Part shown: piece by piece, positions 57,213 to 64,000 of the stretch
How positions within the stretch are numbered: the first letter of the stretch is position 1
How the letters are laid out: every line of letters begins with the position of its first letter
The notes under the pieces: generated by a model
The model's input: the letters and a program-made list of their open reading frames with translations, nothing else
Told to the model about the DNA's origin: nothing
Database searches by the model: none
Position numbers and translations under genes: made by a program
Source of the DNA: an uncultured Poribacteria bacterium
Lineage (GTDB): Bacteria; Poribacteria; WGA-4E; WGA-3G
Reading direction: 5' to 3'
Assembly: GCA_958296135.2 (NCBI GenBank)
Contig: CATQHZ020000001.1
Location: forward strand, 1,632,001-1,696,000
DNA length: 64,000 bases

Positions 57213-58349
57213 CTACTCAGAAAACGGATAAATCTGCTCAAAATTCCCGTTGACTATCGGTGTCGGATCGATGCCCATCCACTGTTCGATGAGCGTTCCG
57301 TAGATGCCGCGGAAATCAATGGTATGCTCCAGGTCTTCGCCGTGCACCCATCGCGAGGGTTCTAGCGAGGGGTACTCGGCGTAGAGGCCACCCTTCACCT
57401 TATCGCCGATGATGAACGCGCCGCCGCCGGTGCCGTGGTCTGTCCCGCTGGCGTTGTCACGGATGCGCCGTCCAAATTCAGTGAAGACAAGCATTACCAC
57501 TTCTTCGGAGGTATGATGCGCGCGCAGATCGGTGAAGAACGCCTGAATCGCCTCGGTGAGGTCTTTCAATAAGCGCGGGTGCGCCGGGACTTCATTGGCA
57601 TGGTTATCGTAACCGCCGTGCTGCGCGTAAAAGACACGCGTACCGAGGTCAGCGAGGTGGACGCGCGCCACGTCTCGGAGACTTTTCGCGATACTGCTTT
57701 TTGGATACTCCACGTCGGAAGTGTACGTCGCCGGTGCCTTCTGGAGTTCGTCCGCGCCTTTGAGGACATCCATCCCGGTTTGGCTGAGGTAGTCCATCAC
57801 GATGCCGTTGCCGACGGTGCTGCTATACATTTGCTTGAACGTCTCAAGTGCCTGTTCGCGTTGCGATGTATCGCCGATGCTGGTGAGCAGGCCGTAGTTA
57901 TCCAAGTCGCCGACAGAAGTGACAGGTGTGCCTGCGAGGGCACATGCACGCGGGAGTCCCTGTCCGAAACTCACGCCAGTTAAGACGTTCTGCCCCCTCG
58001 GGTCCAATTCCCTCACGATTCGGCCCACCCAGCCTTCCGTGCCGATTTTTTCAGGCTCGCACGTGTGCCAAATATCCATTGCCCGGAAATGAGAGCGATT
58101 TGAATCCGGGTAGCCGATGCCTTGCACGACAGCGACCTCGCCCGCGTCAAACATCTCCATCAGGGGTGTGGCGTGCGGATTCCACCCGAGCGTATCGTTC
58201 GTCGGTAAGACATCTTCTGCCTTAATCCGTACGACGGGCCGGGAATCGTGGTAAATTCCGCTCGTGTAAGGGATGAGCGTGTTCATGAAGTCGTTGCCGC
58301 CTGTGAGTTGCACGACGACGAGGACTGGTGCTTTCGGGGTTGCAGTCAT
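57213..58349 (-). CDS. DUF1501 family protein
   Basis: LVVVQL.GGND..N, GYP..NRSHF, GYDNH, TEFGR, N.SGTDHG.G, DFR.IY. Confidence 0.92.
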   Translation of the reverse strand: MTATPKAPVLVVVQLTGGNDFMNTLIPYTSGIYHDSRPVVRIKAEDVLPTNDTLGWNPHATPLMEMFDAGEVAVVQGIGYPDSNRSHFRAMDIWHTCEPEKIGTEGWVGRIVRELDPRGQNVLTGVSFGQGLPRACALAGTPVTSVGDLDNYGLLTSIGDTSQREQALETFKQMYSSTVGNGIVMDYLSQTGMDVLKGADELQKAPATYTSDVEYPKSSIAKSLRDVARVHLADLGTRVFYAQHGGYDNHANEVPAHPRLLKDLTEAIQAFFTDLRAHHTSEEVVMLVFTEFGRRIRDNASGTDHGTGGGAFIIGDKVKGGLYAEYPSLEPSRWVHGEDLEHTIDFRGIYGTLIEQWMGIDPTPIVNGNFEQIYPFSE

Positions 58350-58369
58350 TTCAGTCGTCTCCTTCCTAG

Positions 58370-59755
58370 TTATCCGAGTTGGTACTCGCGCGATGCGACG
58401 ATGAGCTGGAGCATGCTGACGACTCGGCTTTCCGTTTCCTCAGAAGCGTCTTCATCTTCAAAATTGAGCGGGCCGTTCGCCGCCGCGAACTGCGTGAGAT
58501 ACCCGTGCGTGGTGTCATTCACCTGCATCGGGCCGGCAAGTTCAAGACATTTGTCAACGAATTTCTCCGGCGCAGCATCGTTCCCTAACGCCTTCAGCTG
58601 CGCAATCACATCCTGAATGCCCGGTTTGGCCGCGTCGCTGACTTCCTTAACGGCGAAGTTGACGCGCGTTGTGAGCAAGCCGCCATCAATCCACTCTTTT
58701 CCAGTATGCCATCCCTCCACCGTTGGCGGATTGAGGAGCTGTTGCCCCATCAAACTTGTGGCCCCCGCATACTGTCCCATGCCGGGTTCCGGACGGTGAT
58801 GCGTCCCTACCAATTTCAAAATCCCTGTGACGAGCTCTGTCGGGCTCTTGATTTTGGCGAATCGCGCCGCCTTGAAAAAGTCAGCGTTGAAAAGCACACG
58901 CAGAATGTGCGACATATCGCCATCGGATTCTGTGAACGCGTTCGCGAGCGTCTCTACCGCGGCCGCATCCCGCGGTGGCGTGACGTTCCACGATGGCACC
59001 TGCGGTTCGTCTGCGACGAAGAAGTTGTAAAGATGCCGGGCAATGAACTGCGCGCAAGCCGGTTGCGCCGCGATGATGTCAATAATGTCATCACCGTTGA
59101 AGTTGCCCGTGTGCCCTAAAAAGGTCTTCTCGCCAGCGTCGTGTTCTTCTTCAACGAAGATGAAATCAGGCGAGTAGTAACCGTGTGGGTATAACGGAAT
59201 CGGCTGCGCGAACGTCCAGCCGGTGAAGGCGCGGGCGCAGTTCTTAATGTCGTCCTCCGTGTAGTTGCCTACCCCCAATGAGAAGAGCTCCAGCAATTCC
59301 CTGCCGTAGTTCTCATTGGGTTCACCCTTACGGTTCTCGTTGTTGTCGAGCCAAAAGAGCATGGCCGGGTCCTTCGATAGCGCGAGCAGGATATCCCGCA
59401 TCTTCCCCATACCGACACGGCGAAACGTATCAATCTGGTCCGACGATGCGAGGATGTGCTGGTTCTTTCCGAGCCCAGTAGCGAAGACATGGTGCCAGAA
59501 AAGTGCCATCTTCTCCTGCAGCGGACACTTGCTGTTGAGCATGCGGTATATCCAGAGCCCGACGTAGGCTCCCTCCCCGCCGAAGTAACGTTGTAAGATG
59601 TCCTCTGCAATCGGGGTCCCGCGTTCGGGGTGGACGAGTTCATCGACAACGTTTTCGTAGCCTTTTTGGACATAAGCCTCAAGTTCGGTTCGCGTGGTTC
59701 CAAATCCGGCGCGTCGCATCAGGTGCGCCATCTGTGCGACATCGTTTCCTGCCAT
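58370..59755 (-). CDS. DUF1800 family protein
   Basis: HL.RRAGFG, LQEKMALFWH..F, DPAML.WLD, PNENYGRELLELF.LG, ARAFTGW, PP.V.GW. Confidence 0.93.
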   Translation of the reverse strand: MAGNDVAQMAHLMRRAGFGTTRTELEAYVQKGYENVVDELVHPERGTPIAEDILQRYFGGEGAYVGLWIYRMLNSKCPLQEKMALFWHHVFATGLGKNQHILASSDQIDTFRRVGMGKMRDILLALSKDPAMLFWLDNNENRKGEPNENYGRELLELFSLGVGNYTEDDIKNCARAFTGWTFAQPIPLYPHGYYSPDFIFVEEEHDAGEKTFLGHTGNFNGDDIIDIIAAQPACAQFIARHLYNFFVADEPQVPSWNVTPPRDAAAVETLANAFTESDGDMSHILRVLFNADFFKAARFAKIKSPTELVTGILKLVGTHHRPEPGMGQYAGATSLMGQQLLNPPTVEGWHTGKEWIDGGLLTTRVNFAVKEVSDAAKPGIQDVIAQLKALGNDAAPEKFVDKCLELAGPMQVNDTTHGYLTQFAAANGPLNFEDEDASEETESRVVSMLQLIVASREYQLG

Positions 59756-59885
59756 GATGAGCCTCCCATCTAGCAAATTCATCGCGACTTTGCGGTTTTC
59801 CAAGCGGCATCTTATTTAGATTAACATCATTTGCAAAAAATGTCAAGTTTTTTTATTTTTCTTTTCACAGAATTGTCCAACAAAC

Positions 59886-59927
59886 AAAAAAAGCGCGGAC
59901 AGGGAACACTCCTCTGCCCGCGCTTTT
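59886..59927. terminator. Intrinsic terminator-like hairpin, possibly bidirectional
   Basis: AAAAAAAGCGCGGACAG...CTGCCCGCGCTTTT. Confidence 0.55.
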
Positions 59928-59984
59928 GATTCCTTCAATCTTTCGTCAACCCCGGACTACCGCCATCTCCTCTGCAGATCGACG

Positions 59985-60603
59985 CGTGGCGCGGCACAGG
60001 ACCGCGCCCTACGGACTAAGGGCATTTTCACTGAAGGGCCCTTTTCACCGTAGCGCGAGGGCCTGTCCCTCGCGATCGTTCGACCACACCAAAAACACCC
60101 GAAGCCCCGGGACTTCTCTGTAGGTCGATGCATGGCGCGGCACAGGACCGCGCCCTACGGACTAAGGGGCTTTTAACCGCTGCATGGCGCGGCACAAGAC
60201 CGCGCCCTACGGACTAAGGGGCCCTTTTTACCATCGCGCGAGGGCCTGTCCCTCGCGATCGTCCACGCGACAAGAAAGGCCCTTTTCACCGTAGCGCGAG
60301 GGCCCGGCGATCGCGAATCGCCGAGGGTTCCCCTCGCGATCGTCCGAACCACACGAACCCCCTTTCACCGTAGCGCGAGGGCCTGTCCCTCGCGATCCCT
60401 CTTGAGAGACCGATGCATGGCGCGGCACAGGACCGCGCCCTACGGTAGAAGGGGCCCTTTTTACCATCGCCTGGCGAGGCACAAGACCTCGCCCTACGGA
60501 CTAAGGGCCCCTCGCGATAGACCTAACCACACAAAAAAACAGCCGCAACCCCCAAGGGGCCACGGCCGTTTTCTACATGGCGAGGGACAACCCTCACCCT
60601 ACA
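59985..60603. repeat. BIME-like mosaic of family-B GTAG palindromes
   Basis: Same modules as 14077-14812, e.g. CCGTAGCGCGAGGGCCCGGCGATCGCGAATCGCCGAGGGTTCCCCTCGCGATC at 14342, 14495 and 60288. Confidence 0.9.
60533..60572 (-). terminator. Rho-independent terminator of the LTD protein gene
   Basis: Minus strand AACGGCCGTGGCCCC-TTGG-GGGTTGCGGCTG followed by a T run, about 30 bp after the stop. Confidence 0.65.
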
Positions 60604-60604
60604 T

Positions 60605-63600
60605 CTATTTCGCCTGCTTTTTCACCTCACCGAACGTCGTCAACTGCCGATTGGCCGCAGAGACAGGCCCCCGCAACATCCGCGTCGCCAACGTCACCGG
60701 CCGCCCATCAAACGCGACCTCCTCGATCTGATAATAGTACTCAACACCCGGCTTCGCAGACGTATCCGTAAACGTATACGTCTGACGCTCACCCGTCGTG
60801 CCAGCACCCGCAATCAGCGCAGCATTCAGCAGCGTGAAACCGCTCGCGCGTTTCTCACTACGGCGCAGGTTAAAGCCAGCGTTGTCAACTTCGGACTCCG
60901 TCGTCCACGTCACGACAACCGCACCTGCCTCCGTGCGCGCCACGGTGAAACTTGACAATTCCACCGGCAAGGCACCGCCTTTCCGATACCCCGGCGTGCC
61001 GATATCCTCAGCATGCCCATAGTGGAGGTCTGACACAGCGAGTCGCTTGACGTTCGATGCCAGAGCCCAACTCGCACGCTGCTTCCCTTTCAGTGCAACG
61101 CCGTTGTCGTAACGCCGAATCAGCGAGCTCCGAACACCTTCCTCGGCACTCACCGGTAACGCCCACGCCGGCGCATCTTTCGTCCGACGATTGCCATCGG
61201 TGTTGCCGACTTCGTCTACGAGGTTACCGTTGCTATCGGTAAGCTTCAGGTAGAACCCTTCCGCGCTCAGGAACGTATCCCGCGCAATCTTGATACGCAG
61301 ATTCCTCGCATGCAATGCCAACAGGTTGTAAACCCGCGCCGCAGGAAACACCGTGCTTGATGACGCACGCGCCGGCCCCGCAACAATCAGCAGTGTCTGA
61401 TTCGGTTGAATCACCTTCTCTTGCAACGTCAACGCCACAATCGGCCGCCCTACCAAATCTTCCGAATCCACATTCTGGAACTCCAGTTCCCACCGGTTCA
61501 GATTGAGTGCCTCGGTTTTGGATTTATTATACAGCTCTATCCACTGCGGCAGTGTCCCACCACCCGAATCGAACATCACCTCGCTGATGGTGATACTGCC
61601 TTTCGGCGTAGCTGCTGCCGTTTTCACAGCACCATTCGGATACCCCGGGGTGCCAGCGGTGGCAGCAGACTTGGAAACATTCCTATCATAGCCGATACCG
61701 GTGAACGCCGCTTCTGCCCAGGCATCTTTGTGGTAACCCACAATATCCGCTTTCGCGCGCTGCCACACCTTACCGGAGCCGAGGGCCCCTTCGGTATCAC
61801 CACCCGGTGCCTGACGCACTTGCAACGGCCAGACGTATGTATCATAGTCACCTGTCTGCTCGCGAACGAACGCATCCGTGTCACTGCCACCGCCACCGGC
61901 GACATCCACGAACGCCTCGTTCAACCCCAACTTCTCTTTAGCGTTGCGCAGAATCAACAGGAACTTCCCATCATCCGGCAACGCGAGGCCCGAGGCAACG
62001 AGATACTGATGCGGCGAACCTTTCTGCTCTACGGCGGAAGTGGCAATATCATCGCCACCGGCGAGAGACGTTTTGTCCGGCGAGGTACTCACCAGCAACA
62101 GCAGCCCATTCGCCGGCACGCTCACATCCGCGAAAACGACAAGCGATGTATCTTCCTTTTTGTCATCTTGCACGACGCTCAGCTCCCAGTCTTTCAAGGA
62201 GACAGCCGCGCCCGTGACATTGCGGAGTTCCAGCCAGTCATTTGCAGCACCGCTGCCATTGCCCAACTCGTTGAAAACAATGGGCGAACGTGGCACAGCC
62301 GACGCAGCAGCCTTCGGCGAAGTCTCCTCGGGGAAAAACGGCACAAACGGCACAACCGGTGTCTCCTGGACGACAGGCGAACCCCCCGGGCCCGCCGCCG
62401 GCACCGAGGCCGGCGCAGCACCAGACGCAACCGCTGGTGCCGCTGTCCCAACCTGCTGCCCATCCGGCGCACCTAGGGGCCCAGACAACAACGTCGTCTC
62501 TTCCGGCACGAGTATCTCAACAGAGGGAGCACGCACTGTCTCTGCCACCGTGTCCGTGGCTGCCACCGTATACGCAAACGTCACTTTCGTCGAATTCGTG
62601 TCTTCCGCAGCCGTCCAAACAGCATGCCGCGCATTGGCTAACACTTGTTCACCCAGATACACCACCAGATACGGCGGGTTCGCCCCTTCATACCGTAGAT
62701 TCTCCTGGGCATACGTCACCGACACTTCAATCTTATCCCCGGCGGTATAGACACCCGCGGCGGGCGCAACAATCTCCGGCGTACCCACCACGCTGTCCAC
62801 CGGCACTGTTAACGTATTTGATACCAGATTCCCGTTGCCCGCAATGTCCTGCGTGGCACCCGCGGGAACCTGAATCGTCACATCGCCCCTAAAACCAGCG
62901 GCGGGCGTAATCCGCGCTTTGTAAACCAAGAACGATGCCGAATTCTTCGCATCACCGGGAGCATGCCCATCGGGAGGCGTCGTGTCACCATAATTCTGTG
63001 GTGCACGATGGTCAAGCCCAATGTAAACCGGGGCAGCAACCGTCCAGTCCAGCGAATTCCCGTTTGCATCGGTGAGGACGATGTCCTCCGCGCCAAACGT
63101 CGTCCCGATTTCCTCGGCGATGGCACTCGTCGATTTGTAATGGTTCGTAAAGCGGAATTCAACGTCAAACGCACCGTCCTGCGCCACCGATTCCGTAGTC
63201 CCTGCCGCAAAATCTGTCACAGAGCCGGCATCGGGATCCAGGTTGACTATCGCATTGCGCCTATCCTCGGTGTGCGTCTCCCCATTCTTGATCACGCCGG
63301 CAATCCACACCGTCGGCGGAAAGGTATCCACCATGTACTTGATGAGCCCCAGGTTGTATGCCTCAGTGAATTCCGGGTTATACAACGCATCACCATATCT
63401 CGTCTCTTTATAACTCGTGAGAGTGGGTTCCATAGCAACAAATGCCACGAACCGATCAAGAAGCCCATAACCAACTGTCGTCCTGATATTAAGCTCGTTG
63501 CCAGCCAAATCGGTTATCAACTTTGGATTAGAGATACGGGTATTACTCCATACGCGATCATAGACGTTATGCCATAGTTGTGAATGGAGATGCTCGACCA

Positions 63601-64000
63601 CAAAGTGGCTGAACTCTCGATCTCCCTTTTTCACCGTGTATCGGAAGATGAGCGTGTCGTCCCCATCCGTCGCATCTGCCTCGGTGAGCGTCATCTCCGC
63701 TCTGCTACCCTTGAGCCAGCTTCCTACTGGATGCATCGTCACACCGGGGTGTGCCTTTACCGGTTCATTAAACGTCAACTGAATTGCAATCTCGTCGCCG
63801 ACGTTGAAGAAGCCCGCTTCTGGGCTAGTGTCCAAATTCACCTCGTCGGGAAGGGCCCAGCCGTGAGTATGCACGAGGGCACAGGCGGCCGTGTAGGCCT
63901 CGCCGAAGATGCCGTGAAACTGCAAGCACTCCTGCCGCACTTGATAGTAGCGAGAGGGACCGGTTTGCCCACTAGGAGGAGAATTCACATGCCTAACCGA
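60605..64000 (-). CDS. Large surface protein with Ig-like regions and two lamin-tail-like (LTD) domains; 5'-truncated by the window
   Basis: Frame open to the edge. IVFNE...DWLELRN and ITISEVMF...QWIELYN; D.AGN Ig motifs; LPVELSSF...W.T.SE.DNAGFN; tail VSAANRQLTTFGEVKK. Confidence 0.88.
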   Translation of the reverse strand, partial: SVRHVNSPPSGQTGPSRYYQVRQECLQFHGIFGEAYTAACALVHTHGWALPDEVNLDTSPEAGFFNVGDEIAIQLTFNEPVKAHPGVTMHPVGSWLKGSRAEMTLTEADATDGDDTLIFRYTVKKGDREFSHFVVEHLHSQLWHNVYDRVWSNTRISNPKLITDLAGNELNIRTTVGYGLLDRFVAFVAMEPTLTSYKETRYGDALYNPEFTEAYNLGLIKYMVDTFPPTVWIAGVIKNGETHTEDRRNAIVNLDPDAGSVTDFAAGTTESVAQDGAFDVEFRFTNHYKSTSAIAEEIGTTFGAEDIVLTDANGNSLDWTVAAPVYIGLDHRAPQNYGDTTPPDGHAPGDAKNSASFLVYKARITPAAGFRGDVTIQVPAGATQDIAGNGNLVSNTLTVPVDSVVGTPEIVAPAAGVYTAGDKIEVSVTYAQENLRYEGANPPYLVVYLGEQVLANARHAVWTAAEDTNSTKVTFAYTVAATDTVAETVRAPSVEILVPEETTLLSGPLGAPDGQQVGTAAPAVASGAAPASVPAAGPGGSPVVQETPVVPFVPFFPEETSPKAAASAVPRSPIVFNELGNGSGAANDWLELRNVTGAAVSLKDWELSVVQDDKKEDTSLVVFADVSVPANGLLLLVSTSPDKTSLAGGDDIATSAVEQKGSPHQYLVASGLALPDDGKFLLILRNAKEKLGLNEAFVDVAGGGGSDTDAFVREQTGDYDTYVWPLQVRQAPGGDTEGALGSGKVWQRAKADIVGYHKDAWAEAAFTGIGYDRNVSKSAATAGTPGYPNGAVKTAAATPKGSITISEVMFDSGGGTLPQWIELYNKSKTEALNLNRWELEFQNVDSEDLVGRPIVALTLQEKVIQPNQTLLIVAGPARASSSTVFPAARVYNLLALHARNLRIKIARDTFLSAEGFYLKLTDSNGNLVDEVGNTDGNRRTKDAPAWALPVSAEEGVRSSLIRRYDNGVALKGKQRASWALASNVKRLAVSDLHYGHAEDIGTPGYRKGGALPVELSSFTVARTEAGAVVVTWTTESEVDNAGFNLRRSEKRASGFTLLNAALIAGAGTTGERQTYTFTDTSAKPGVEYYYQIEEVAFDGRPVTLATRMLRGPVSAANRQLTTFGEVKKQAK

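Noticed and set aside
61406-63577. Long plus-strand ORFs (356, 236, 200 and 204 aa)
   Set aside because: Antisense shadows of the GC-rich LTD gene with no recognisable motifs. The same applies to most short nested ORFs in the track.

Overview
GC-rich bacterial window, most likely Candidatus Poribacteria or a relative. This is inferred from three PhyH dioxygenases, sulfatases, LamG and lamin-tail proteins ending in a 'kL.ttWG.IK'-type tail, and FG-GAP/NHL/PD40 repeat proteins. Layout: (1) 1-9001, a defence island with a PLD-SNF2 helicase, an N6-adenine MTase with an AT-richer specificity region, a DprA-like protein and a RelBE-like pair with an oversized antitoxin. (2) Metabolic genes: PhyH, aminotransferase, GT4, LarA-like/ubiX/ubiA, sulfatase. 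(3) 22474-25811, a tandemly duplicated ABC-type ATPase plus small nuclease-like gene pair. (4) A glycan block with two atypical GH32, a sulfatase and GH95. (5) Schlafen-like and comEC genes. (6) A minus-strand run: rsbW-rsbV-PP2C, DUF58-BatA, rph-rdgB-efp-accB-accC, ASPIC, TolB-like, DUF1800-DUF1501-NHL, and a large LTD protein cut by the window edge. The strongest unexplained signal is a dense population of GTAG-anchored palindromic repeats. They form intergenic mosaics, nest inside each other and inside ~100-bp MITEs with TTA/TAA target duplications, supply stop codons, and sit in frame inside at least eight intact genes. No rRNA, tRNA or CRISPR array was recognised. All calls come from reading the sequence; no database searches were run.
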